Below are positions 11,664-20,536 of a stretch of DNA of 64,000 nt, one piece after another. The position numbers were made by a program, and so were the translations under genes. Numbering within the stretch: position 1 is the first letter of the stretch; each line of letters begins with the position of its first letter. A model generated the notes under the pieces. It saw only the letters and a list, made by a program, of their open reading frames with translations. It made no database searches and was not told where the DNA came from. This DNA is from Azonexus sp. (GTDB lineage: Bacteria > Pseudomonadota > Gammaproteobacteria > Burkholderiales > Rhodocyclaceae), in NCBI GenBank assembly GCA_049652925.1, contig JBASFI010000012.1, positions 66,095 to 130,094 of the forward strand, in the 5' to 3' direction.

Positions 11664-14600
11664 GACGTGCGCTCCGTGAGGGTGACGGCCGCTGGGTCGA
11701 TCAGCATCAGGTCGGCTGGTTGCAGGCTGTTGCCCTGCCAGCGGGCGCTACGGGCCGGGATGCTGCCATCGGGGCCGTTCGAGGTGAGGACGGTGAGTCC
11801 CGATTCGACTTGAATCAGTTTGTCGAGATCGGCGCCGATGACGCCGGCGACGCCTTGCAGCGCAGCCAGCACCTCGCTGCCGGTAACCGGCTGGCCAAAG
11901 GCGCGGGCGGCGAAACCGAAGGCTGTTTCGAGCACTTTGCCGGCGGCGGCAAGAACTTTCTCGGCTTCGTAGTCCGGCGCAATCCACAGCCCGGCGGTCA
12001 GGCCGAAGCGCAGGTCGCGGCTGGGGCTCACGCGCAGCGGCTGGTAGGGCGGCCGGGCGCCATCGATGGCGGCGAGCAGGTTGCGGTAGAGCGCGGCATT
12101 CGGATCGAGCGGGGCGCCGTCGGTGCCGGCGACGGTCAGGTGGACCATGCGCTGTTCGCCGTCCCACAGCCAGACGGCCTGGGCCTTGCCGATGCCGGTG
12201 AAGGCGGCGGCGAAATCCTCGAAGTCGCGCAGCGAGACGATGCGGTCGAGTGTGCGGACGCGCAGCGGGGCGTTGCGCCGGGCTTCGTCGCCGGCTTCGG
12301 CATTGGTGCCGCCGCTGGCTGCGACCGGGTTGGTGACGGCTTTGAGGCCGGGCGGCCGGGAGAGCAGCATGCTGATCTGCTCGGCCTTGACGTTGCCGGC
12401 CGTCCCGAGGCCGACGCGATAGCGCGCTTCGACATTGCCGCTGCCGGTGGGTAGGCGGGTGCCGTGCACGCCGTCGCCGAACTGCACGGTGGCGCTGCCG
12501 TTTTCGGCGAGCTTGACGGTGTAGGCGCGCTCGGTCGGGCCGGGCGCGGTGAAGTGCGGCGCTTCCTGCCAGAGCAGGCCATCGACGCGGATTTCCAGCG
12601 TGCTTGCCGTGCCGCTCGGCGTCGCTGCGGTGATGTAGGTCAGCGGCCCCTGGCGCAGAGCGAAACGTTGCAGGCTGCGGCTGCCGTCGCCGCTGCCCAG
12701 GGGCTCGGGTTGAATGCGCATCTGCTTGCTGTCGCCGGCGCTGGCCGGGGCAAGGTTGACGTTGATGCGGACGGTGGACGGCAGGTAGGCGTGCGTCAGA
12801 TCGCTGTCGAGCAGCAGCTGGGTGTGGCCGTTGCTGCTGTCGTTGTGCTGGATGCGGACGATTTCGGCGGTCGGAGCGAGTGCCACGGTCAACCGGAAAA
12901 AATCCTCAAATTCGAAATCGGCGGTTTTGCGGTCGCGGGCGATGCGGATGGATGCCAGCGGGTCGCCTTTCTTTAGCCGGCTCAGTGCCTTGGCATTGGC
13001 CGGAACATCGGCCAGAACGAGGCCGGAGATGGCTATCCAGCGGCCCTCCGGCAGATCCGGCTCGTAGCCGGCGAGGTCAATCAGGTGGCCTTGCAGGAAC
13101 CCGGAGAGCGGCCGGGTGGCCCAGTCGAGCGGCTCCGACTGGCCGAAGGCCGTCGTGCTGCGGACATGGTCGTTGAAGGTGTCGCGCAGGTTTTCGCCGC
13201 TTAGCGTCAGGCGGGTGGCGGTGGCCGAGACGGTGAAGTCGGCTCGGGCGTCGTCCTCGGTGCTGACGATGCGATAGACCTCTTCGTAATTCGGGATGGA
13301 CATCACGGCCCAGCCGTCGGCCAGCCATTTCGGGTAGCTGGCGTCGAGGTGAATGGTATGGATATCGCGCGGATAGAGGCGGGTGGCAGGGATGACGGCT
13401 CTGGCGACGCCGGGGCCGGACCATTCCAGTTTGCAGGCGGCAGCCCCGCCGTTCTCGTAATACTCGAGCCGGATGTCGTGCTTGTGATTGGCTTGCAGAC
13501 GGGCCGACCCGGTGCGTTCGGTGAAGCCCTGATCGATCCAGAAATCGATGACGAGTTCGCCATCGATCCACAGCCGCAAGCCGTCGTCGGAAGTAACGAA
13601 AAAGTTGAACTGGCCGCTGCTCGGCGCTTCCACCCAACCGGACCAGCGCACCGAGAAATGGTCAGCCGGCACGGCTGGATCGGGGCTGCCGATGCTCCAG
13701 TCGAAATTCACGGTGGCATCGGTACGGCTCAGGATCGCTTCGCGGAATCCCTTGCCACGATAGTACTGGCCAAGCAGCCCGGTACCGCTGGCGTTGCCGG
13801 CCGGTGGATCGGAAATGTCGGCCAGCGTGAAGCCTGGCCATTCCGGATGCTGGCTGATCGGCGGCTTGGCGTCGTCGGCCATGCCCAGGTAGGTGGCGCG
13901 AAGGTTGGCCGGCATCGCCCGCCAGTCGGGGGCATTGTGGCCGAACAGGTGGGCGCGGGCGCGCAGGGCGTAGCAGCGCGGATTGGTGCGGGCCGGATGG
14001 ACGCCATGCCAGGGTTTGCCAAGGCCGCGATCGAGCGTGACGACGGTGTAGCCGATGTCCTTCGGGTCGCTCGGGTCGGCCGGCAGCACTTCGCGCAGGC
14101 GGGTGACGCGGCGGAAATCCCAGTTTTCGTTTCCGGGGTCTTTGCTGCGTTCGTCGCCGACAATGAGCAGGGCGTCGCCCGCTTGCAGCCGGGTCGCGGT
14201 GCCGGCCAGATAAATGGTGCGCAGGCCCATGCGCGGCGACACGGTTTCGGCGGCGAGCACGGGCAGCGCGTTCCAGCGGACCTTGGCGTCGATCGCTTCG
14301 AGCGTCTCGAAGGTCTGCGCCGTTTCGTCCTGGCCGGGCACGCTCTGGGCCCGGGCGCCGATGTCGATGCGGGTTTCGAGCGGGGCGCCGGGCGCGGTTT
14401 CGAGTGTGAAGGCGAGCCAGGTCGAGGCCGCCACGCCGGGGCGCAGTTCGTAGCCGATGGCGCGGGCCAGTTCGAGGACCGAGCGGCGTTCGGTGGCGGT
14501 GCGCAGGTAGTTTTCGTTGCCGATGCGCTCCTGGTAGAAACTCAGCACATCAAGCACGGCGGCCCAGCTGTCGAGCAGGGCGATGGCCGGGTCGTCGCTG

Positions 14601-14782
14601 GCGCGGGTGGTCAGATTTTCGAGGGCGGGCTCGTCGGCGAGGTCGGCCAGCATGCTCTGCCGGAAGCGGCCATGGGTGCCGACGCGCAGTGCCAACGCTG
14701 GTTGGCCGGGGGGCTGGATTTCATCGACTGGCGTCAGCGGCGTGACGCCGGCACAGCAGCCGCAATTGTCGGAAGTGCTCAT
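11660..14782 (-). CDS. large eCIS baseplate protein with an embedded PA14 domain
   Basis: 1040 aa with ATGA overlaps at both ends. N-terminus MSTSDNCGCCAGVTP... Residues about 333-470 match the PA14 pattern: GLLGQYYRGKGF...HFSVRWSGWVEAPSSGQFNFFVTSDDGLRLWIDGELVID...DIRLEYYENGGAAACKLEW. Confidence 0.8.
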   Translation of the reverse strand: MSTSDNCGCCAGVTPLTPVDEIQPPGQPALALRVGTHGRFRQSMLADLADEPALENLTTRASDDPAIALLDSWAAVLDVLSFYQERIGNENYLRTATERRSVLELARAIGYELRPGVAASTWLAFTLETAPGAPLETRIDIGARAQSVPGQDETAQTFETLEAIDAKVRWNALPVLAAETVSPRMGLRTIYLAGTATRLQAGDALLIVGDERSKDPGNENWDFRRVTRLREVLPADPSDPKDIGYTVVTLDRGLGKPWHGVHPARTNPRCYALRARAHLFGHNAPDWRAMPANLRATYLGMADDAKPPISQHPEWPGFTLADISDPPAGNASGTGLLGQYYRGKGFREAILSRTDATVNFDWSIGSPDPAVPADHFSVRWSGWVEAPSSGQFNFFVTSDDGLRLWIDGELVIDFWIDQGFTERTGSARLQANHKHDIRLEYYENGGAAACKLEWSGPGVARAVIPATRLYPRDIHTIHLDASYPKWLADGWAVMSIPNYEEVYRIVSTEDDARADFTVSATATRLTLSGENLRDTFNDHVRSTTAFGQSEPLDWATRPLSGFLQGHLIDLAGYEPDLPEGRWIAISGLVLADVPANAKALSRLKKGDPLASIRIARDRKTADFEFEDFFRLTVALAPTAEIVRIQHNDSSNGHTQLLLDSDLTHAYLPSTVRINVNLAPASAGDSKQMRIQPEPLGSGDGSRSLQRFALRQGPLTYITAATPSGTASTLEIRVDGLLWQEAPHFTAPGPTERAYTVKLAENGSATVQFGDGVHGTRLPTGSGNVEARYRVGLGTAGNVKAEQISMLLSRPPGLKAVTNPVAASGGTNAEAGDEARRNAPLRVRTLDRIVSLRDFEDFAAAFTGIGKAQAVWLWDGEQRMVHLTVAGTDGAPLDPNAALYRNLLAAIDGARPPYQPLRVSPSRDLRFGLTAGLWIAPDYEAEKVLAAAGKVLETAFGFAARAFGQPVTGSEVLAALQGVAGVIGADLDKLIQVESGLTVLTSNGPDGSIPARSARWQGNSLQPADLMLIDPAAVTLTERTS
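12883..12919 (+). repeat. dispersed repeat copy E2, in-frame inside the PA14 baseplate gene
   Basis: CCACGGTCAACCGGAAAAAATCCTCAAATTCGAAATC, read on the minus strand as ...DFEFEDFFRLTVA... It is flanked by the 8-nt direct repeat TCGGCGGT at 12864-12871 and 12918-12925. Confidence 0.85.
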
Positions 14783-17235
14783 GATCCGCCCTCCACAATG
14801 AAGCTGATCTGGCCGTTTTCAGGGAAATTGAGGTCGCCGTCGGCGCGCAGGACTTCGAGCTGATCGGCGGTGATGACGCCAGCCGCCAGTTCGCCCTTGG
14901 CGCTGCGCCCCCAGCGTTGGAAGCGGCGGATGTCGACCGAGGCGACACCGGCCACGGCCATGGCCCGGGCGACGACGGCGGACAAATAGAGTGGCGTGCC
15001 GAAGGTGAAGCCGTCGGGGTGGAAGAAGCCGGGCCGGCCATGGCGGTCGACGCCGGCGGTGAAGGCTTCGAGCAGGGCGGCTTTGACGTCGGCCGCGAAG
15101 TAGCCGCTGGCGACGCAGATCTGCAGCTGGATATCGAGCGGGACATGCACCGGATCGGCGAATTCGAAGTCGTAGCCGGCCAGCCGGAAACGTTCGAGGA
15201 AGGCGCGCATGGTCGCTTTGAATGCGGCGTCGACTGGCTTGCCGGCGCGGCGGTCGAGCATCAGAAAAACGGTGTACCAACTGCCGGTCCAGCGCAGGCG
15301 GGCAGCGGCCCGTTGCACATCGGGATGGCGCTCGGCGGCGCGGGCGTAGTCGTCGGTGGTGACGGCACGCTCCTGCGTACGGAAGGCTTCCGGGGCGTTT
15401 AGGCGGATGGCGTCGAGCGTTTCCGGCTCGGCGCCGCCGACGGCTGGCAAGGGGTTGCGCAGGGACTGGATGCCCAGCATCAGGTTGGCATCGTCGCTGA
15501 TCAGGGCGCTGATCGCCTCGGCACCGACGTTGCCTTGCGGGCCGCCGCCCAGCCGGTAGCGGGCGAGCAGGCGTTGGCCGGTGATCGGCGCGGCGCCGAA
15601 CTGGTTGTCGCCGAAACGCAGCCAGGCGCTGCCATCGTTTTCGGTTTCGACGACGAATTCGCGGGCGAAACGCTCGCTGCCGAGCAGATCGCGTTCCGGT
15701 GTCCACGGCGTTTCATTCGGGTCGGGCTGGTCGCCGAACAGGCTGGAATCGTCAGCCAGCAGCATCATGTCGGCAGGCCGTGCCCGGCGGGGCTCCTGCG
15801 TGAGGACGCGGCTGGTCGAGAGCGGCTGCTGGTCGTTGGTCGCTACGTCGTGATCGTAGGGCTCGGCGAAAGCGAGGCCGGATTCCTTCAGGCGCGGCCG
15901 GTAGGGCAGGCGCAGGGCCGCCGCTCCGCCATCGCCCACCTCGGGCGGTTCCAGCGTTTGCCAGGGCCGGGTCAGGCCGTGGTCGGCCAGCACGACATTG
16001 CCGCGGGCGACGGCGATGGCCTGCTTGACGAGGGCGCCGCCGATCTCGAATTCGTGGCTGACGCAGAGTGGGAAGGGCAGTGCATCTTCGTTGTGCCAGT
16101 TGATGAGCAGCAGGTCAGTGTTGGTCAGGTCGTCGTGGCCGGGGCTGACGGCGGTCAGGCGCACCGGGTGGCGATGGCTGGCATCGAGATCGGCAACTTT
16201 GCCGGTGGTCGGGCTAAGGACTTCTTCGAGGATCAGCACGTCGCCGGCGGCCAGCGCTAGGGCCGGCGTGTTGACCAGGGCCGCCGCCGTCGTACCGCGT
16301 GGCAGGCAGTAGGCCGGGTCGGCAAAGTCGTGGATGGCGATTTCGCTGTGGGCGGCGTGCAGGACCTGATCGTGCAGGGTTTCGAAGACTTCGATGCCAG
16401 GCAGCGGCAACTGGTCGAGCAAGTCCGTGCGGCGGACCGGGTCGCCGGTGCCAGCCGCGGCGAGCAGCGCGGTGCCGGCCGGGATGGTTTTTGCCTCGGC
16501 ATCAGCGTCGACCGTAGCAGTCACGAAAACCCGGGCATTGCAGCCATCGTGCAGCGGGTAGTCGAGCAGCCGGGCATGGCGGCGCAGCGAGGTACGGCGG
16601 CGGGCGGTGCCAAGGTAGGCTTCGGTGGCTGCGGAATCCTGCGTGTAGGAAAGATGGTCGCCAACATAGGCCAGCGTCTCGACCAGAGCCACCGTGAAGT
16701 CGGCCGGGCTGCGTTCGGCAAAGCCGGGCACCAGTTGCGACATGCGGTCGAGCATGAGGCGGCGGAAACTGTCATAGTCCTTGGCCAGATAGTCGAGGCG
16801 CGGCTCGGGCGGCGTCACCGGCGGGCAATCCTGAATGTCGGCGCAGTCGAATTCGGAGGGGCAGCCTGCCTTGAAATTGATGCGGATGGTGGACAGGCAG
16901 ATGTCGAAGCCGGGGGCCGGTGCTTCGGCGTCGGCCGGGTCGATCAGGCTCAAGGTGTACCACGAGAAATCGCCAGCCTGTTCGACCTTGAGGCGGATTT
17001 CCCGGCCGTTGATGACCGGTTCGGCAGCCAGTTTTATGCCGGTAACCCGTACTCCGCCGTCGATATGGACATTGGCGCAGCTGATGCCGCTGACCGGATG
17101 GACGCAGACGACGCGCAGGCTGCGCTGGTCGAGCGAGGTGATCTCGACGAAATCGATGCCGTTCTTGCCGACCGGGTTCTGGTCGCGCAGCAGTTGCAGG
17201 CGGCGCGGGTTGTCGCTGCGGAACTGGCGATTCAT
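14779..17235 (-). CDS. baseplate J (gpJ / T4 gp6)-like protein
   Basis: Start taken at the internal ATG MNRQFRSDNPRRLQLL, an ATGA overlap with the gp25 gene stop. The Arg-rich 44-aa upstream extension of ORF 14779..17367 is an overlap artefact. Size and position after gp25 fit baseplate J. Confidence 0.8.
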   Translation of the reverse strand: MNRQFRSDNPRRLQLLRDQNPVGKNGIDFVEITSLDQRSLRVVCVHPVSGISCANVHIDGGVRVTGIKLAAEPVINGREIRLKVEQAGDFSWYTLSLIDPADAEAPAPGFDICLSTIRINFKAGCPSEFDCADIQDCPPVTPPEPRLDYLAKDYDSFRRLMLDRMSQLVPGFAERSPADFTVALVETLAYVGDHLSYTQDSAATEAYLGTARRRTSLRRHARLLDYPLHDGCNARVFVTATVDADAEAKTIPAGTALLAAAGTGDPVRRTDLLDQLPLPGIEVFETLHDQVLHAAHSEIAIHDFADPAYCLPRGTTAAALVNTPALALAAGDVLILEEVLSPTTGKVADLDASHRHPVRLTAVSPGHDDLTNTDLLLINWHNEDALPFPLCVSHEFEIGGALVKQAIAVARGNVVLADHGLTRPWQTLEPPEVGDGGAAALRLPYRPRLKESGLAFAEPYDHDVATNDQQPLSTSRVLTQEPRRARPADMMLLADDSSLFGDQPDPNETPWTPERDLLGSERFAREFVVETENDGSAWLRFGDNQFGAAPITGQRLLARYRLGGGPQGNVGAEAISALISDDANLMLGIQSLRNPLPAVGGAEPETLDAIRLNAPEAFRTQERAVTTDDYARAAERHPDVQRAAARLRWTGSWYTVFLMLDRRAGKPVDAAFKATMRAFLERFRLAGYDFEFADPVHVPLDIQLQICVASGYFAADVKAALLEAFTAGVDRHGRPGFFHPDGFTFGTPLYLSAVVARAMAVAGVASVDIRRFQRWGRSAKGELAAGVITADQLEVLRADGDLNFPENGQISFIVEGGS

Positions 17236-17591
17236 GGGGCGCCCCTGGTGAAGCGGGTCAGCCGGCGTTCCTGGCCGCGGCGGACGACGTACTGGACGTC
17301 GACGGCAAGGGTGCCTTCGTCGTGCTCGACATTGACGCCTTCGACCACGATGCGGTCGCCCAGCCATTGTTGCAGGGCGCTGTGCACCGTCATCTGGACG
17401 GCGGCGGCCAGCGTGTCGCTGTTGGGCGCGAAGACCAGTTGCAGCAGTCCGCAGCCGAAATCGGGCCGATTGACGCGTTCGCCGGGGACGGTGAACAGCA
17501 CCTGTTCGATCATGTCGCGCAGATGGGCGTCGTTGTCGGCCTCGCCGCTGCGGCCGCGCTGATCGGGCTGGAATGGGAAATGGAGGCTCAT
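17232..17591 (-). CDS. GPW/gp25-family baseplate wedge protein
   Basis: 119 aa. The motif ...HLRDMIEQVLFTVPGERVNRPDFGCGL... is the classic gp25/GPW signature. Confidence 0.85.
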   Translation of the reverse strand: MSLHFPFQPDQRGRSGEADNDAHLRDMIEQVLFTVPGERVNRPDFGCGLLQLVFAPNSDTLAAAVQMTVHSALQQWLGDRIVVEGVNVEHDEGTLAVDVQYVVRRGQERRLTRFTRGAP

Positions 17592-17592
17592 C

Positions 17593-17916
17593 TCAGGTTC
17601 CCATCACGCGAGTTTGCGTCACGGCGACTGTCATCGGCGTGCCGGTCGGCGTGCAGATGGACGGCGACGCCTGAAGCAGGGCCGGCTGGCCGCCGATCAA
17701 AACGCGGGTGGCACCCATCAGCCACTGGCCGGTGACGCAGGGGCCATTGCCGGCGGTCGGTGGCGGCATGGCGCAGCCGGCGATCATGTAGGGTGGGCCC
17801 ATTGTCGTGGCCGGCTGGCCGGAGAGCAGGACGCGCGGGTTGGGCGCGCTGGGCGTGGCCTGGCCGCCGTGGGCACAGAGGACGGTGGCGCCGAGGTGGA
17901 GGATGAATCCGGGCAT
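17593..17916 (-). CDS. PAAR-like spike-tip protein
   Basis: Internal ATG of ORF 17593..18330. The 107 aa protein starts MPGFILHLGATVLCAHGGQA... and has repeated G/P/A-rich PAAR-like strands. It lies directly after the spike gene. Confidence 0.75.
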   Translation of the reverse strand: MPGFILHLGATVLCAHGGQATPSAPNPRVLLSGQPATTMGPPYMIAGCAMPPPTAGNGPCVTGQWLMGATRVLIGGQPALLQASPSICTPTGTPMTVAVTQTRVMGT

Positions 17917-17936
17917 GGTCGTCTTGTCCCTTTCTC

Positions 17937-18452
17937 TCAGATCACCGTCAGGGCGCCGTTGTTGATGTTCACCGTCGGGCCGGTGAGCATGATGGTGGCG
18001 CCTTGGCCGTTGGAAATGGTGATGCCGATTTCGCTGATTGAAATCATTGCCCCGGTCATCGTCTTGAGCAGAATGCCGCCGGTCGGGCCGGGCAGGTCGG
18101 AGATCATCAGGGTGTTCTGGTTGCCGGTCTGCAGCACGATGCTCGGCGACACCGGCAGGCCGGCCAGCGCCAGCGCCGGGACTTCGGCGGCCGAACCCCA
18201 GAAACCACCAACCCAGATCGGATAATCGGCATCGCCCTGCTCGAACTCGACCCAGACCCCGGCGCCGATCTGCGGCTGGACGAAGACGCCGCTCTGGATG
18301 CCGGCGAAGGGCACACAGGGCATGGCCCACGATGACAGCATCGGGCCGAGCACATCGGGCACCTGGACCTGGATGCGGCCCATCTGCATGGGGTCGATGT
18401 TGTTGAGGACGACCCCGCGATATTTGCCGTAATGGCGCGTTTTTTCACTCAT
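17937..18452 (-). CDS. gp5/gpV-type (VgrG-like) baseplate spike protein
   Basis: MSEKTRHYGKYRGVVLNNIDPMQMGRIQVQVPDVLG...WAMPCVPFAG...GVWVEFEQGDADYPIWVGGFW is the phage_base_V OB-fold signature. Confidence 0.85.
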   Translation of the reverse strand: MSEKTRHYGKYRGVVLNNIDPMQMGRIQVQVPDVLGPMLSSWAMPCVPFAGIQSGVFVQPQIGAGVWVEFEQGDADYPIWVGGFWGSAAEVPALALAGLPVSPSIVLQTGNQNTLMISDLPGPTGGILLKTMTGAMISISEIGITISNGQGATIMLTGPTVNINNGALTVI

Positions 18453-19576
18453 GCCGGCACCAGTGGAAGGGTTGAGATCAGGCCGTTACGGGCCAGTGAA
18501 AAGCTCTGCTTGAATTCACCGGCCTTGAGCTTGCTGCTGACTTTCTTGACGTAATAAAGGCCGTCGAAGGACAGCCCGGCGCCGCGCACGCCGACCAGTT
18601 GGCGGGCTTTCAGGACGTGGCCGTAGCGCAGCACGTCGAGGCTGCCGTCGCCGGTTACGGCATCGGCCGAGGAACCGGCGGCCGCGGCCAGTCCCTTGCC
18701 GAGCGCCGCGATGGGCGACAGCTTGGCGGTTTCCTTCATCAGCTTGATGCTCTTGGGCATTGGCGGAATCAGGCCGAGCGGCGGGTTGGCCAGGCTGACG
18801 TCGGGGATGGGTAGCGGAATCGGAAATTTGGTGATCGGGTTCTGGATGAAGACGATGGGAAGTTCAGCCCCCGACTGGTTAACCGCGAAGGACAGCGCTT
18901 CGACATTGCTGTGCACGTCCATGCCCAGATTGAGCGCCGGCTGGACCATGCCGAGGCGGATTTCCGGGCCCCAGTAGGCGACATTGGCGCCGGGCAGCGG
19001 GCCGGGTTCGATGTAGAAGACGTGGCCGGCTTCCCTGGCCAGCGCGCGGACGTAAGCGAGGTCGGTGCCTTCGTGGGTCGGAATGCGCTCGACCGGGATC
19101 GGGATGTCCTCGAACAGTGACGGGATGATGATCGGCAGCATGCCGTACAGGCCGTAGCGGGCGACGATCAGGGCGACGCGGGCGGCCGGCGGCATAGCCG
19201 GATAGGGCATGCCGCTCATGTCCTGCTTGTCCATCGCGACCGTCAGGTCTTCGCCGGTGATGGTCAGCCGGCTCTGGCCGGGTTCGTTGGCACCGGTGAT
19301 TTCCTGGCGGGTGATCAGGCCGTCCATGAGCACGGTCGGCAGGCTGTTCATGGTGGCAACGAGGATGACGCGCAGCCACGGCACCTGGCCGCCGGCAACG
19401 AGCAGCAGCGTGTGCAGCGGCGAGCGGTTGTCGACGACGAAACTGAGCTGGAAGCCGCTCGGCGTATCGGCCGACGACGTGACCTCGATGCTTTCCAGTG
19501 CGTCCATCAACGGCTTCGGGGCCGGAATCGGAACGCCCGGGCCGACCAGCAGCGTCAGGTGAATACCCTTAAGCAC
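18449..19576 (-). CDS. late-control-D (gpD/gp27)-like baseplate hub protein
   Basis: 375 aa with an ATGA overlap downstream. It has gpD-like segments (...THEGTDLAYVRALAREAGHVFYIEPGP...). It sits between the LysM protein and the spike. Confidence 0.65.
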   Translation of the reverse strand: MLKGIHLTLLVGPGVPIPAPKPLMDALESIEVTSSADTPSGFQLSFVVDNRSPLHTLLLVAGGQVPWLRVILVATMNSLPTVLMDGLITRQEITGANEPGQSRLTITGEDLTVAMDKQDMSGMPYPAMPPAARVALIVARYGLYGMLPIIIPSLFEDIPIPVERIPTHEGTDLAYVRALAREAGHVFYIEPGPLPGANVAYWGPEIRLGMVQPALNLGMDVHSNVEALSFAVNQSGAELPIVFIQNPITKFPIPLPIPDVSLANPPLGLIPPMPKSIKLMKETAKLSPIAALGKGLAAAAGSSADAVTGDGSLDVLRYGHVLKARQLVGVRGAGLSFDGLYYVKKVSSKLKAGEFKQSFSLARNGLISTLPLVPA

Positions 19577-19886
19577 CGCCGCCTCCGAGGCCGGCCGGCA
19601 GGGTCAGGCGCAGCGTGTCGCCGGGATGTTCCAGATCGCTCGGCACCTGGGCGCCGTTGCCGTCGGCGATGCGCCAGTACTGGATAGGGTCGCCGAGATT
19701 AGTCGCGGCCAGCCGGTCGAGACGGTCGCCGCCCTGGACCTGGACTTCGCCGACAGTGACCAACGTCGCCGGGTCGGGGATGAAGCGGCGGCGCAGATAG
19801 ACGATCTTTTCGCCGTCCGGGGCGGTGAGTTCGGCCGTTGGTACGCCGTTGTAGCGGCTGTTGGGCGGGAAACGTTCGATGCTCAT
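19569..19886 (-). CDS. LysM-like tail protein (gpX-like)
   Basis: Start MSIERFPPNSRYNG at the internal ATG of ORF 19569..20132, an ATGA overlap with the upstream stop. Contains the LysM-like GDRLDRLAATNLGDPIQYWRIADGNG. Confidence 0.6.
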   Translation of the reverse strand: MSIERFPPNSRYNGVPTAELTAPDGEKIVYLRRRFIPDPATLVTVGEVQVQGGDRLDRLAATNLGDPIQYWRIADGNGAQVPSDLEHPGDTLRLTLPAGLGGGGA

Positions 19887-20536
19887 GGCAGTCCACTCAA
19901 TCCCAGCGAGGCCAGGCTGCCGAGGCCGGCATCGGCCGCCAGACGTTCCTTGCGCTGTTGATAAACCATATAAAGATGGCCGCCCTTGTCGTTGAAACCG
20001 AGGTCGCCAACGTGGAGGACTTTGAGACTCAGTGAGACCTTGGCGCGGATGGGGTTGAGCGCGCTGTCGAAAGCCTCTTCGGTAATCGAAAAATCGGTGA
20101 TACGCACCGGTACGACACGTTCCTTGCTCCACACGAAGAGGGTCAGCGGGGCCACCGTCGGGGCGATTTCCAGCGTGCCGAGGCTGAGCAGCGTGTTGTT
20201 CTGGATCAGCGTGTCGCTGTCCGGATAGACGATGGTTTCCAGCGCCGCCAGTTGCGGATGGATGCCGGAGGAAACCGTTTTCGGATGCTGATCGGGGAAT
20301 TCGAGTTGATCGGTGGCGTCGATTTCGGCTTCGAGCTTGAAGGTTTCGGTCGGCGGCCCTTTCAGGCGCAAGGGTTCGGAAAATGGTCCGCCCGATTCGG
20401 TGGCCTGCGCTTGCAGCGTTCGGGTCAGCGTTTCCGGGTTGTACTGCAGCGAAATGACCCGCTGCACGGCGCCGCTGGACGGGTCGATCAGGATCAGGCC
20501 GCCGCGCAGCAAGCCGGAGGAAAAGGGACCGCTCAT
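19883..20536 (-). CDS. second tube-family or tube-initiator-like protein
   Basis: 217 aa, starting MSGPFSSGLLRGGLILIDPSSGAVQRVISLQYNPETLTRTLQ... This is typical of CIS tube-like proteins encoded next to the LysM and hub genes. ATGA overlaps at both ends. Confidence 0.6.
   Translation of the reverse strand: MSGPFSSGLLRGGLILIDPSSGAVQRVISLQYNPETLTRTLQAQATESGGPFSEPLRLKGPPTETFKLEAEIDATDQLEFPDQHPKTVSSGIHPQLAALETIVYPDSDTLIQNNTLLSLGTLEIAPTVAPLTLFVWSKERVVPVRITDFSITEEAFDSALNPIRAKVSLSLKVLHVGDLGFNDKGGHLYMVYQQRKERLAADAGLGSLASLGLSGLP

Noticed and set aside
14779-17367. The longer 862-aa version of the baseplate J gene and similar N-terminal extensions (26484..27842, 17593..18330, 777..2108, 1817..3850).
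   Set aside because: The extensions are Arg/Pro-rich overlaps with the upstream gene. Internal ATGs give canonical family N-termini and ATGA or short-gap junctions.
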